This document shows positions 45,066 to 57,600 of a stretch of 64,000 bases of DNA, in pieces. The stretch is from Azolla caroliniana. Its lineage: Eukaryota > Plantae > Polypodiophyta. How positions within the stretch are numbered: the first letter of the stretch is position 1; each line of letters opens with the position of its first letter. The notes beneath the pieces are model-generated. The model worked only from the letters and a program-made list of their open reading frames with translations. It made no database searches and was not told the origin of the DNA. Where the stretch lies: positions 8,432,001 to 8,496,000 of the forward strand of contig JBHGNT010000020.1 of NCBI GenBank assembly GCA_043228905.1. The letters are read 5' to 3'. The translations under genes and the position numbers were made by a program.

Positions 45066-45109
45066 GCGTGGGTTCGCCGGACAAGGTCCTGGCCCACGGT
45101 CGTGCCAAG
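45066..45109 (+). other. tRNA-Arg 3'-end-like sequence / antisense PBS at the PPT position of C
   Basis: gcgtgggttcg ccggacaaggtcctgg cccacggtcgtgcca ag|TGTTAC(LTR). Confidence 0.75.
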
Positions 45110-45572
45110 TGTTACCCGGACCCGGACAGTCAGTTTTACCGAACAGGTGGGAAAGCGTCGAAAACAGAGTCGGTTCGGATCGACTGTTCGGATCAATGAC
45201 TCAGCAGTAAAACGAAGAGAACTAAGTTAGTTAGATAATTTTGTAAATCTTGTTAGGGAGTAGGAATAGTTCTTGATGGGAAAAGACCTTCGGTATACCT
45301 ATAAAAGGGAACCAAAGGCATTGTAAGAAAGGTCATTTTTATTTAGTAATATAAGTTTAAGTTAGGAATATCTTGTACGGATTCTGTGTTTCTCTGTTGT
45401 CTATGATCTTAAGTGCAAGCTTCCTAATTTATAACTAAGTAACGATCACGGTAATTACCGATTAATATAGCATAATTCCGTTCGTAAAACACAATTCCTT
45501 GTTAGAACGTTGAGTAGCGACGTTCACTCTTCTGTATCGGTAATAGTTAGTAATTAGCCGATTAACATCCAC

Positions 45573-48166
45573 CTCCGGTGGAGATGCTAAAACGTCATCT
45601 ATCTAGTCACCTATAGTTTGATGATCATGATCCTACCCATCATCATCATCGATTGCATCATCAGTCGTATCATCATACTCCACATCTCCCTTGTGACCTT
45701 GGGTGTCTAGGGCAAGAGTTGGATATTTGGTGACTGAAAAACAAGGGTGAAATTTGGCATCTCATTTGGCTCCTTAGGGATCCCTGTTTCTAATGACCTT
45801 CTTCTCTAGGTCATTTAGTCTATAGCCGAATTCCTCATGGTCGTATCCTAAAAAAATATGCATGGTTTGCATTTGTCATCGGGCTTGGATCTTTCATCTT
45901 TTGGACATGACACTTACAGCCAAACAGTCTCAAGTGTTTGTATGACACTTCCTTACCTGTCCACACCCTCTCGGGTACATCATCATCCAAAAGGACTAAT
46001 GGAGACATATTCATGAGGTCAATTGTAGTCCTTGATTCTTTGGCCCAAAAGGATTTAAACAATTCTGAGTAGGATAGCATACCACTTACCCGCTCACAAA
46101 TTGTCCTATTTATCCTCTTAGCCACACCATTGTGCTGAGGTGTTTTCTAAACACTTGTCTCAAGCCTAATACCATGCTCATGACCATATTGCTCAAAATT
46201 TCCCCTATATTCAGCGCCATTATTCGTGCGGATACATTTTTGCTTGCATTAGATAGAGGGAATTCAGTTCTAGACACTTGCTATGATTAGGAAGTCTTTG
46301 GTGAGTTTCCATCTTCTGTCACCAAAGTAATTTTCATATCCCTCATCATCAAGCTTATAGGCGGAGATGATATTCAACGAAATATCTGGTACATGCCTTA
46401 CATCCCTCAATTCGAGTTTACAACCCCTATCTGAGACGAAGACTACATCTCCTATGCCAACAGCCTATGGTATACCGTATTTGGTTATTTTGACTTTACC
46501 AAAGTCACCACCAGTATATGACTCAAATATCGCTCGATACAGGGTGATGTGATACAAGGCTCCCGAGTCAATGACCCAATGGGTTTGTCGACGTGCTAAA
46601 CTATCACAAGAATCCTCACACACAATAATAACATCGCCATCACATGTGGCAGTTATAAGGTCATTTTTCTTGTTGTTAGCGGTTCCATTCTTTCGGTCCC
46701 TCTTCTTCTTCCTACAATCTCTTTTGTAGTGATTTGGACCACCACAATAATGACAGGCGAAATCTTTCTTGAAGTCTTTCCTACTTCTCGATTTTGATCT
46801 CTCCTCAACATTATTTATGTTATCTCGTGGACCCCAACTCGTCGCTTCGGTGAATCACTTGAGTCGTGAGACATTTTCAGTGCCATGAAGCTAGACCAAT
46901 GATCCCGAGTATGGCTTCTTCCTCTATTGGGGTTTTTTTCAATGACCAAGGGTTCATGCTCATGGTTGGACTCACGCTCCTTTTGTTGTGCTTCTTCATG
47001 TAGAAGACTCAACTTAAGTGTGTCCATTGTTAGCTCTTTTTGTTGTGTTGCAATCCCAAGTGTCACAACAAGGGTTTCCCAACTATCTGGGAGAGCATAA
47101 GAATAACAAGGTCAACACCTCATTTGCTAGAGTTATAGCTAAAGAGACAGTTTGACTTATCAATCCTTGAAACGTGTTTAGATGCTCTGCCATTCTAGAG
47201 CCATCTTGAAATCTAAGTCTTACAAGTTTCCTAAACCCGGAGACGCTATTTAAGGCAGTTTTGGTCAGAACCATAGTTTCGATTTTCCCCCATAACTCGT
47301 TTGCTTTGGTTTCATCACTGAAATTGTTATATAGACTCATGTCTATAAAACAACAAATATATGCAGATGTCTTTAGATGCATGACATCCCAAGTTAATGC
47401 ATCTATGTTACCAACATGTTCCTCATTTTGAACTTCTAAATTGGGTAGTTGGATACGGTCAACTTAATCATCCTGCTTAGTGATTCATCCATATTCCAAG
47501 TTTTGCGGAAGGTATGAACCTCGGCTCGGATACCACTTGTTTGGAATATGGGACTAAATGAGGATGCTTTAGGCTTCCGACACAATTAACAATACATGAA
47601 ACCATAAGACAAAAAATGAGAGTACACCAAATTTTTAACGTGGAAAACCCCAAATAACTTTACTATGATCTGAGTACAACTAAATCCAACCTCGCTAGAT
47701 TTTGACTAGAGGAACATCCAAATCTCAAGGCAATGCTTGGCTACACAATAGTGAGTACAACTGAGTACAGACTCTCTAGGTTTTGACTAGAGAAAATGTA
47801 CTAGCCTCAAGGCAACAACCTTGGCTACAATCTTCACCCGATCAGCTGGATACAACAACAATTAGTAGAACTGAGTGTATTCTCTCTAGGTTTTGACTAG
47901 AGGAAATATAGTAGCCTCAAGGCAATAACCTTGGCTACGATCCTCACCTGATTGGTTTGATAAACCAACAGAAAGTAGAAAATATAAGAAAAGAAGAAAA
48001 ACACAAAATGAAGGAACTTGATACAGATGGTTCTGAGACGTGTTATACAATCGTGAGTTCCTTACGTTACGAATAGCCCCTCACGTATGTTTATCTTCTC
48101 TTCAGTAGGGCACTCTCTCTATTGCTCTCGTACTTTGGGTACTGTGTCTCTTCGGTTGCTATTTTT
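45573..48166 (-). mobile_element. Copia M: degenerate gag-PR-partial IN, PBS 47524-47535, 5' LTR from 47538 (resumes 53661-53724)
   Basis: WVIDSGA-type PR, CHYCGG knuckle, ERINRT-like integrase, tggtatccgagc PBS; LTR split by D. Confidence 0.8.
47672..47960 (-). repeat. ~80-110-bp tandem units in the M LTR (about 3 copies; about 2 in the M' LTR at ~5081-5260)
   Basis: Repeated gagtacaac..ttttgactagag..cctcaaggcaa..ccttggctac. Confidence 0.7.
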
Positions 48167-48336
48167 TGTCGAATACATGTGTATAATGGACGTATTCACA
48201 CTATCCCGTTTTTGGCCATTTATGTAATTAGCATAAAGGGTAGTTGCCCTAAGTCGGTCCCTATATATAGTGACCTTGTAACCTCTTTGTGAGGTTGGAT
48301 GTTGTATTATTGCTTTTGTGAAATAAAGAGTCTTTT

Positions 48337-48376
<40 letters not shown>

Positions 48377-51300
48377 AACGATCTACATTCTGTCATACAC
48401 AGAAAAAAACAGGAATCGAGTGCTTCTTGATCTTCCGCAAAGACGACCTTGCTTCCAACATCTGGTATCAGAGCTTTTCGAGGTTCGACCGTCATCACCG
48501 CCTGCACAGCATTCGGTTCTTCACTTCACCGCGGCCTGCACAGTATTTGCGTCATTCGAAGAAAGAGAGAAGAAGAACAAAAACCAGGTTTGCATCTCAT
48601 TGCGTTAGATCATCTTTGCTTGGAGGAAGCCAGTAGGTTGTACTCTGTCCTCCGAGATCGTAACCGCTCGAGGTGAAATCCCCTTGTGCAACATTGACAC
48701 GATCGTGCTCCGCTCGGTTAAACGGCATCCGAAGAGGTCTTCAATCGCCGCTCGTTGTAACCACTCGGTGCAGATCGGTCTCAAGACAACAACCCCAATT
48801 CGTGCTTCATCCGGCTGATCGACATTCGAAAGGATCAGTTGGATCCATCCCTCTCGTCGCTGCAGCCACCCGAAGCAGAATCGGTCCAGATAATCGGTTC
48901 TAATAATCGGTATTCGGCATATATATCCGAAGCGAACCGGAATCACTCTGACTCGGTAACATTCGGGAAGACCAGTCGGTTCTGTCCCTCCAGCTATCGA
49001 AGTCAATTCGAGCAAGTTCAACAATACATATATCCGAAGCCGAACCGACTCGGGTTCTAATCCGACTAGAACGATATCGGGTGAGCAAACCGGCTGCACT
49101 CCAACAAGGTTCGTAGTCAACTCCGAACCGAGCTTCATCAACCGAAACCGAATTTGATGGCATCAACATCCGGCTCGTCAGAAATGAGTCTACGAAAGTT
49201 CGACGGATCGAACTTCAACTTCTGGAAGGAGCAAATGCAGGACTATCTCATAGTCAAGGGGCAAATCGATCCCATCGAAAGTGAAGAACCTCCAGAAGGA
49301 TACAAACCAATTGAGTGGCAGAAGCTGGACAGAATCGTCCGCGCCACGATTCGGATGCACCTATCGGAATCGGTATATTTTACGGTGCAATCGTGTACGA
49401 CAGCATTCGAACTGTGGAAAACACTGTCGGACACTTACGAAAAGAAAGTCGCCGCAACGAAGATGTTTCTGATCCGGCGCCTCTACAACTTGCGGATGAA
49501 AGAATCCGATTCGGTCCAAGCACACCTCAATGAGTACGAAAGCATAAGCTCCCAAATCTCGTCACAGGGGACGGCAATCGAGGATGAACTCAGAGCAATG
49601 ATACTCATGAGCAGCCTTCCCTCATCATGGGAAACTTTCGTCACAACCGTGTGCAACGCGTCAACCACGGCTGTTAAATACTCCGAAGTCACGAGCGCAA
49701 TCCTGACCGAAGCAGCTCGGAGAAAGTCCTTCGCCAAAGACTCAACAGACGACGCTTATGTAGTACAAGGTTCGACAGACCGATCGAACATACGAGGAAG
49801 AGATTCCTCACGGCCGCCGAACAATCAGCGAAGACGGAGCCAGTCACGGGATAACCGAATCTGCAACTATTGCAAGAAACCCGGACACATCAAAGCCGAC
49901 TGCCGCGCACTCAAGAACAAGAACAACAAGAAGAGTAACCGGCATGAGGAGATCAATTACGTCAGCTTCTCAGCTGACGTACTACCGGACGACCCGAATA
50001 TACTATCAATCGAAAATCCAGTCGGATCAGAAGTTCTGCTCACGACTGAAGAGTCGAGCACATGGCTCTTAGATTCGGGCGCGTCATTTCACGTGACTCC
50101 TCATCGATCCCAATTTAGGCAATATACGATCCGTCACTCCGACTCAGTTCGGGTCGGCAACTCACAACACTGTGACATCATCGGAATCGGCACAGTAGAG
50201 CTCAACCTTGCCGGTGGCTCTACACTTGTACTCCACAATGTCCGACATGTACCCGAGCTCTCAAGGCCATTGATCTCAGTCGGACAACTAGATGAAGACG
50301 GCATTCGTGCCGGTTTTTCTTCGGGAGGGTGGACACTCCACAGGGGGAACCTCCTGCTTGCTAGAGGTCCCAAGATACACTCCCTGTATCCGTTACATGT
50401 TACGCTCAGAGAGGGTAACCTGTTTTTGGTGGATATTCCTGTGTCATCACTATGGCACAGAAGATTAGGACACCTCAGCAAGGCCGGCATCACGCACCTA
50501 TCTAGAGCCGGATACATCCCCAAACTCTCCTTCTCCGACCATCAATTCTGCGAGCATTGTCAGTATGGCAAACAAGCAGCCGCATCACACCCGACATCAG
50601 CACCAAGAGCAACGAGACCTCTTGATTTAGTCCATTCGGACGTCTGTGGCCCAATGCCGCATCAGTCTCTAGGCGGTGCCTCTTACTTCGTCAGTTTTAT
50701 TGACGATTCGACTCGAAAGGTGTGGGCTTATCCAATTCGCACCAAAGATCGTGTCTTCTCGATCTTCACCGATTGGCTCGCTATGATAGAAAATCAAACC
50801 GACCGAAAGCTGAAATGCTTTCGGACAGACAATGGGGGAGAGTTCAAATCCGAAGAATTCGTCAAATTCTGCCGACAACGCGGCATCCGACGTGAACTTA
50901 CGGCACCACACAGTCCGGAGCAAAACGGGATCGCAGAGCGAATGAATCGGACAATCCAAGAACGGATAGTTTCCATGCTCCAACACTCCAGACTGTCGGA
51001 TGGCTTCTGGGCAGAGGCTCTACTCACGGCAGTACACATAATCAATATGTCGCCAAGTAGACCTCTAGGACTTCAAATTCCTCAGGAACTATGGATCGGC
51101 AGTAAGCCGAATTACGACAAGCTGAGGATCTTCGGATGCGAGGCGTACGCCCTTATTCCGAAAGATGATCGCCGAAAACTTGCACCTCGGTCCAGGAAAT
51201 GCATTTTCCTTGGATATGGATCAGACGGCGAAATGGGATACCGACTCTGGGACCCCGAACGCAGACAAATCGTTCGAAGTTCGGACGTTGTGTTCAACGA

Positions 51301-53540
51301 GTCGGCTATGACTCCATCAGTCGACAAACCGATCGAAGTCCGAAGGGTAACATTTTCCGATGTGCCGACCCTTCCAGAAGGCCCTGCTCTCAACACACGG
51401 TCAGCTTCACGGGTAGCTGAACCTTACACCACCGACTCGGACAACTCCGACTCGGCACAGCAGAACAATCCGCTTTCGGACCATCCGACCTCGATACCCG
51501 ATGCGACCAGTCCAATCATACCTCGACGATCCGAGAGACTGTCGCAACCTCCGGAGAGGTACTCTCCTGGAATTTTCTTCACCGACGCCGGCGAACCGAC
51601 GTCTTACGAAGAAGCATCGACATCTGTCGATTCCGCCACCTGGCATCTGGCGATGGAGTCGGAAATGCACTCCATTCGGGCAAACAAGACTTGGGACCTG
51701 GTCGAATTACCTAAGAATCGACGTGCCCTTCCTTGCAAGTGGGTTTATCGACTGAAAGAGACGTCTGATTCGACCACCCCAAAGTACAAGGCCAGATTAG
51801 TTGCGAAGGGCTTCCGACAAGAATATGGTGTCGACTTCGACGAGATTTTTTCACCAGTGGTGAAAATGACAACCCTTCGTTTTCTACTCGGCGTCGTGGC
51901 AGCCGACAACCTGGAGCTGATCCAGCTAGATGTCAAAACAGCATTCCTCCATGGTGATCTCGAGGAGGAAATTTATATGGAGCAGCCAAAAGGCTTCGTG
52001 GCCACTGGCCAAGAACATCTAGTCTGCCGACTCAGGAAGAGTCTATACGGCCTCAAACAGGCACCGCGACAATGGTACAAGAAGTTCGACGACTTCATCC
52101 AATCGATCGGCTTCTCCAAAAGCGATGAGGACCATTGTCTCTTCACCAACACAGCTCAAGATGGATCACCCATCTTCCTCATCATTTACGTGGACGACAT
52201 GCTAATTTCTGGACGCCACGCGGGCGAACTTGCCGATCTCGTTCGGCAACTGCGGTTGAAGTTTGCAATGAAGGACCTCGGTCCGGCACGACACATACTC
52301 GGCATGAAGATTAGTCGGCATCGCGATAAACGACATCTTTTTTTGTCTCAGACCGACTATATCCGACGTGTCTTGGAACGCTTCAACATGCAATCAGCCA
52401 AATCTGCTTCAACCCCGCTCCCAATGAATCTTCGGCTCTCTCAGCGAGACTGCCCGACATCCGGCCCGGAGCGGGAAGATATGAAGTCGGTACCATATGC
52501 ACCGGCAGTCGGCTCCCTTATGTACCTGATGGTCGCGACACGGCCTGATATTTCTCACGCCGTAGGAGTCGTTAGCAGATTTATGCACAACCCTGGCCGA
52601 TCGCATTGGAACGCAGTCAAGCATGTGTTCAGATATCTGGCTGGCACAAAAGACCACGGCATTCTTTTCGGTCCGAACCGAACCGCAGGCGTAGTCGGTT
52701 ACACCGACTCGGACTTCGCCGGCTGTATAGACAGTCGGAAATCAACAACCGGATACTGCTTCAAATTCGGCAATGGAGCAATCTCGTGGAAGTCGAAACT
52801 TCAGGAGTGCACAGCGACCTCAACGACCGAAGCAGAATATGTAGCTGCGTCCGACGCAGCAAAAGAAGCTTTGTGGCTCGGTCGGCTGGCGCACACGTTT
52901 CGACAAGTCGACCATGACTCGGCTCCAGTTGTCTACAGCGACAGTCAAGGTGCTGTTGCCTTGTCGAAAAATCCGGTTCACCACAACGCCTCCAAACATA
53001 TCGACGTTCGATATCACTTCGTTCGGGACTGCGTCATTTCAGGGAAAATCGGTCTAGAGAAAATATCCACAACCGACAATGTCGCAGATGGAATGACCAA
53101 ATGTCTTTCGGCAGACCGTTTTCGGTCTCTTCGGCATCAGATGGGCGTAACGACAAACCAGTCCGGTTAGAGCCGGACACAGAGCAGGATGGTTCCCGAC
53201 AACCGACATCAGTTCCTTAATGATCGGCTTCAACTGTTCCGACCCGATCAGTTCGGTCTTCTGCCTTCGGACCCTACCGACTGGAACAAAGCTGATGTGT
53301 CCGAGAACCTAAGTCTATACCTGTAATCTTAGATAACCCATGTATACGCCCATTACGGGGGAGTGTCGAATACATGTGTATAATGGACGTATTCACACTA
53401 TCCCGTTTTTGGCCATTTATGTAATTAGCATAAAGGGTAGTTGCCCTAAGTCGGTCCCTATATATAGTGACCTTGTAACCTCTTTGTGAGGTTGGATGTT
53501 GTATTATTGCTTTTGTGAAATAAAGAGTCTTTTGTGTGTG

Positions 53541-53571
<31 letters not shown>

Positions 53572-53655
53572 AACGATCTACATTCTGTCATACACAGAAA
53601 AAAACAGGAATCGAGTGCTTCTTGATCTTCCGCAAAGACGACCTTGCTTCCAACA
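48167..53655 (+). mobile_element. Intact young Ty1/Copia D (Tnt1/Tork-like)
   Basis: LTRs 48167-48460 and 53364-53655 differ only in the GT/CT microsatellite; TSD TTTTT; PBS tggtatcagagc 48463-48474; PPT gggggag 53357-53363. Confidence 0.96.
49157..53170 (+). CDS. Gag-Pol polyprotein of Copia D (1337 aa)
   Basis: KFDGSNF gag, CCHC, WLLDSGAS, LWHRRLGH, VHSDVCGP/RTDNGGEF/QNGIAER, YVDD, YTDSD..TEAEY..ADGMTK; no stops. Confidence 0.95.
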   Translation: MASTSGSSEMSLRKFDGSNFNFWKEQMQDYLIVKGQIDPIESEEPPEGYKPIEWQKLDRIVRATIRMHLSESVYFTVQSCTTAFELWKTLSDTYEKKVAATKMFLIRRLYNLRMKESDSVQAHLNEYESISSQISSQGTAIEDELRAMILMSSLPSSWETFVTTVCNASTTAVKYSEVTSAILTEAARRKSFAKDSTDDAYVVQGSTDRSNIRGRDSSRPPNNQRRRSQSRDNRICNYCKKPGHIKADCRALKNKNNKKSNRHEEINYVSFSADVLPDDPNILSIENPVGSEVLLTTEESSTWLLDSGASFHVTPHRSQFRQYTIRHSDSVRVGNSQHCDIIGIGTVELNLAGGSTLVLHNVRHVPELSRPLISVGQLDEDGIRAGFSSGGWTLHRGNLLLARGPKIHSLYPLHVTLREGNLFLVDIPVSSLWHRRLGHLSKAGITHLSRAGYIPKLSFSDHQFCEHCQYGKQAAASHPTSAPRATRPLDLVHSDVCGPMPHQSLGGASYFVSFIDDSTRKVWAYPIRTKDRVFSIFTDWLAMIENQTDRKLKCFRTDNGGEFKSEEFVKFCRQRGIRRELTAPHSPEQNGIAERMNRTIQERIVSMLQHSRLSDGFWAEALLTAVHIINMSPSRPLGLQIPQELWIGSKPNYDKLRIFGCEAYALIPKDDRRKLAPRSRKCIFLGYGSDGEMGYRLWDPERRQIVRSSDVVFNESAMTPSVDKPIEVRRVTFSDVPTLPEGPALNTRSASRVAEPYTTDSDNSDSAQQNNPLSDHPTSIPDATSPIIPRRSERLSQPPERYSPGIFFTDAGEPTSYEEASTSVDSATWHLAMESEMHSIRANKTWDLVELPKNRRALPCKWVYRLKETSDSTTPKYKARLVAKGFRQEYGVDFDEIFSPVVKMTTLRFLLGVVAADNLELIQLDVKTAFLHGDLEEEIYMEQPKGFVATGQEHLVCRLRKSLYGLKQAPRQWYKKFDDFIQSIGFSKSDEDHCLFTNTAQDGSPIFLIIYVDDMLISGRHAGELADLVRQLRLKFAMKDLGPARHILGMKISRHRDKRHLFLSQTDYIRRVLERFNMQSAKSASTPLPMNLRLSQRDCPTSGPEREDMKSVPYAPAVGSLMYLMVATRPDISHAVGVVSRFMHNPGRSHWNAVKHVFRYLAGTKDHGILFGPNRTAGVVGYTDSDFAGCIDSRKSTTGYCFKFGNGAISWKSKLQECTATSTTEAEYVAASDAAKEALWLGRLAHTFRQVDHDSAPVVYSDSQGAVALSKNPVHHNASKHIDVRYHFVRDCVISGKIGLEKISTTDNVADGMTKCLSADRFRSLRHQMGVTTNQSG

Positions 53656-53724
53656 TTTTTCTCCTTTGCACCCTTCCCACTTCTCTATCTTCTCAGTGTA
53701 AGTCGTTGTCTCTTAGTTGTCTCT

Positions 53725-54636
53725 TGTTGTGCAGACAAGCTCAACTGGATCCAAATTGACTGAATAAGCCGGAGTTGGATCAGAGTCCAGAATGGAGAAC
53801 CAGATCGGTGTTCGGATCGGTATCCGGAACCAAGAGCCGGAATTGATAACCGGATCGGATTGTAATCGGTAGGCCATTAGAGGCCTACGGTCCAAGCCTA
53901 GTATGTAGGCATATTTCTTGGAGTTAGTGTCAGTCACGTGTATGAGCATTGAAGTACATGTCGGTACTTTTGTTAATCCTTTTAAGGACTTGTATAAAAG
54001 TGTTCTCTGAACACATTGTATTTACAGAATGTTATTATTTTGAATTGAGTTTACTGTTCTACTCTCTCTGACTCTCCCGCGTACTCTGTGTATGTGACTA
54101 AGCTTTCCATTAAACCTGTGCATATTCTCTGTTTCTATCCGGTGAAGCCGGTTTTATCTACAAGCTTCCACACACTACTTTTTACATGGTATCAGAGCGC
54201 AAGGGTTGAGAACCTCTGTTGCTGACAAGCAATTTCCATAGACAAACCCTAACTTTCGAAAAAGCATAGATCGAAAAGAAAAGAAATGGACAGAGGGATG
54301 GCAACCTCACTCCTGGCAGAGAAACTCGACAAGAATAATTATGCATCTTGGTCTTAAAAGATGCACCAGTATATACTTGGACACGGATACTTGAGCTATG
54401 TCAAGGGAGAAAATGAAGTAGCACCAGATCCGGGACACAAGGACTTCCCGGTATGGGAAAAGGAGCTAGCAGAGTGTTGTACTGTCTCATGTCCTGTGCG
54501 CGTGACCAGATGCTCGACTACATCAAGGATGCAAAAACACCAAAAGAAGCTTGGGAGAATCTAAAGAAGATTTTCGCGACAACGGGACATGTTGGTTACC
54601 AACTACACCACCAAAATAAAGGAGATCTATAGCGCG
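53725..54636 (+). mobile_element. Copia E: 5' LTR (~53725-54186), PBS 54187-54198, degenerate gag; resumes 57876-58010
   Basis: tttaca|tggtatcagagc; EKLDKNNYASW; gag continues after F as GSINVMIDED*MVQICLG..TICTREKPLSFFDLQS. Confidence 0.8.
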
Positions 54637-57600
54637 TGTTAGATATAATCAATGATCAACCCCAAGTTGTAAATCTATCCCCATATGTGCTCTTAGAGTG
54701 CACATTTTGTGATAGTGCCGCAAATGAGGATCTCTCTACTATATGCCAGTAGTTGATGACTTCAGTAGAAAGATGTGGGTTTACTTCCTTCGGGAGAAGG
54801 CTGAAGTTTTTAAAATCTTCAAAAGATGGCGTAAGTTTGTCGAGCGGGAGTTCGAAAAATTAGTGAAGGAGGTACGCTTTGATCAAGGTGGAGAATTCTT
54901 ATCAATAGAATTATGCGAATATTGCAAAGATAATGGAATTATGCGCCAACTTACAATTGCCAACACCCCACAACAAAATAGCGTTGTCGAACGTCGAAAC
55001 CGAACAATTATCGAGATGGCTAGGTGTATGTTGAAGGCACAAGTGCTGCCCGACCCATTTTGGGCTGAAGCAGTGAATACAACAATTTACATCCTCAATT
55101 GAAGCTACATGAAGGCACTTCAAGGGAAAACACCCCAAGAAGCTTATTCAGGCAAGTAACTTTCAGTGCTGCACTTGAAAACCTTTGGGTGTACGTGTTA
55201 CGCACATGTTCCGGATGTGAGCAGAAAGAAGTTGGATGCTAAAAGCAAGAAGTGTATCTTTCTCGGATATAGTGAAGAGTCAAAGGCCTATCGACTCTAC
55301 GATCCAGAGGCAAGAAAGATATTGACAAGCCGCAATGTGGTGTTTGATGAGGAACGACCACAGCTAGATGAGAACAATGATTCTCAAGTTATCTCATCAA
55401 CCGAAGAAGTATTCCCCCCAATCCCGACCCACTGTCTAGAAAAGGAAGCTGAACCATCTGATGGTAATGGCTCGTTAGTTCAGCATATGCTAGTGCCACA
55501 TGTAAAGAAAATACCTAAGTGGGCTCAACAACTCTTCAATGACCGTACTCCTAAAGTTGAGTTTCTTGAAACTTCAACTGATGGATTACGAAGATCAAGA
55601 AGAATATAAGAACAAGGGAGAACCTCTGACCACATTGTCAACATGGCTCTGATGGTGGACATCATAGGCTCAGTGAGTGAGCCGACCTTGGTGGAGGAAG
55701 CCATGGACGGCCCGAAGTGGAAAGAACCGATGATATCAGAATACGATAACATCATGAAAAATGACATGTGGGAGTTGTTAGAGAGGCCAACAAAGAGGAA
55801 GGTGATGGGCACCAAGTGGGTGTGGAAAGTAAAGTATAAAGCTGATGGTTCTTTGGAGAAATTTAAGGCGAGGCTAATAACGCAAGGATACTGCCAAATT
55901 GAAGGGTTCGATGTACAAGAAACATTTGCCCCGACAACTCGCATGACAATAATTCGAATGGTCATAGCATTGGTTGCTCCAAGAGGATGGACGTGAAAAA
56001 TGGATGTCAAATCGGCATTTCTGAATGGGCATCTCAAGGAGGAGGTATACGTGACACAACCACCAGGGTTTGAGATGCCGAATTCAGGAAAAAAAGTCTA
56101 CAAGCTGAAGAAGGCGTTGTATGGTCTAAAGCAAGCATTGAGAGCTTGGAACAAGAGGATAGACAACTTCTTACAATCAATCGACTTTAAGCAATGTGCT
56201 TCGGATGCAAGTATGTATGTCAAAATGAAGGACGGGAAACAAGTCATCATCATCATTTACGTGGATGATCTAGTACTTACTGGTGACCATGAAGAGTGTA
56301 TTGGCCAAACATAAGAGTGTATTGGACAAACATAAGAGTGTTTGAAAACTGAGTTTGAAATGACAGACTTGGGGATTTTACACTATTTCCTTGGAATTGA
56401 AGTTTGGCAAACCTCGGTTGGCATCTTCATGTCACAAAGAAAGTACGCAATAGAGATCTTGAAGACCTTTGGGATGATGGACAACAAGTTGAAGTCGACT
56501 CCAATGGAGTCAAATTACAAGCTATCCCAAGAAGACCGACCTGTCACCAATGGTTGACATAAGGAAGTATAGACAGCTAGTAGGAAGTCTAATTTTCCTA
56601 TGCAGTACTAGGCCAGATATTTTCTTTGCAGTCGGTGTGGTGAGTCGATTTAGCAACAAGCCGAAGGAGACGCATTGGAAAGCTTCACTACGTGTATTAA
56701 AGTACATTGTGGGTACTTTAAATTACAGAATCTTCTACAAGCCAACAATTGACGAACTTAGTGCATATGGCGGCTCCGACTAGGCTGGAGATAGTGATTC
56801 CAGAAAATCAGTTTCTGGATATTGTTTTTCAATAGGCTCTAGAGTTGTTTCATGGAGTAGTAAAAAACAACCAACAGTGGCACTATCTTCAATAGAAGCA
56901 GAATACAAAGCAACATGCATAGCGGCATGCGAGGTAGTTTGGCTAAGAAGAATCCTTATGGATGTGGCGGTTCCAATAAGGACGACAACGGTATTGAGGT
57001 GTGACAATCAAAGTTGCATGACCATTGCCAAGAACCCCATATTTCATGCACGTACTAAACACATAGAGATTCAGTATTACTATGTGCAGGAGCTAATAAA
57101 TGATGAGATTGTGGAGCTTGAGTACTGTCGGATATCTTCACAAAGGCCCTTGGATCAGAATAGCTACAACAACACCTTCGACGACTAGGAGTTGGCCCAA
57201 TTCCAAGTGAACTCAATGGGTTGATCATTGAGGGGGTGTGTTAGATATAATCAATGATCAGCCCCAAGTTGTAAATCTATCCCCATATGTGCTCTTAGAG
57301 TGCACATTTTGTGATAGTGCCGCAAATGAGGAGCGACTAGTGTGCAACTCAACCATATGGGTCGATAAGGTGTTAATCTAGGAAACCATAGATGCGTAGA
57401 ACACAATGGATTTAGGAAAGAGCGAAATAGGTAATAGGATTGGCTAATCAAGTCAACTAGAATATTTTGTGGGCAAGTTACAATGTACTTAGTCTTGAAG
57501 TATGTGCCATTGACTTCAAGATAAGTACTATCTAGCACTAGCCTATATCTAGGGAGTTGGGTCTTATTAAATGACAAGTCAGTTGACAGAAAAGGAATAT

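Larger units (their letters stand above)
36250..45567 (+). mobile_element. Full-length Athila/Tat-like Ty3/Gypsy element C with intact extra ORF
   Basis: 458-bp LTRs 36250-36707 and 45110-45567 (2 differences by eye); TSD TCCAC at 36245-36249 and 45568-45572; PBS TGGCACGCCCA at 36719; cctataaaag TATA. Confidence 0.96.

Noticed and set aside
45095-45109. 3' tRNA mimic pairing with the element's own 5' PBS (self-priming)
   Set aside because: It fits C (10/11 nt) but not B, whose 5' PBS TGGCGACCAC pairs with its 3' site for only 4 nt, so it is not a general explanation.
36250-45567. Element transcribed in reverse, with the antisense PBS as the only true PBS
   Set aside because: TATA boxes and all ORFs are on the gag-pol strand, and no PPT exists beside the other LTR on the minus strand.
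47672-47960. CRISPR-like repeat array
   Set aside because: Degenerate LTR tandem units without unique spacers, in a eukaryotic context.
54632-54636. 5-bp TSD for element F
   Set aside because: Only CGCG/CGTG (4 bp, one mismatch) is visible; nesting in E rests on gag continuity instead.
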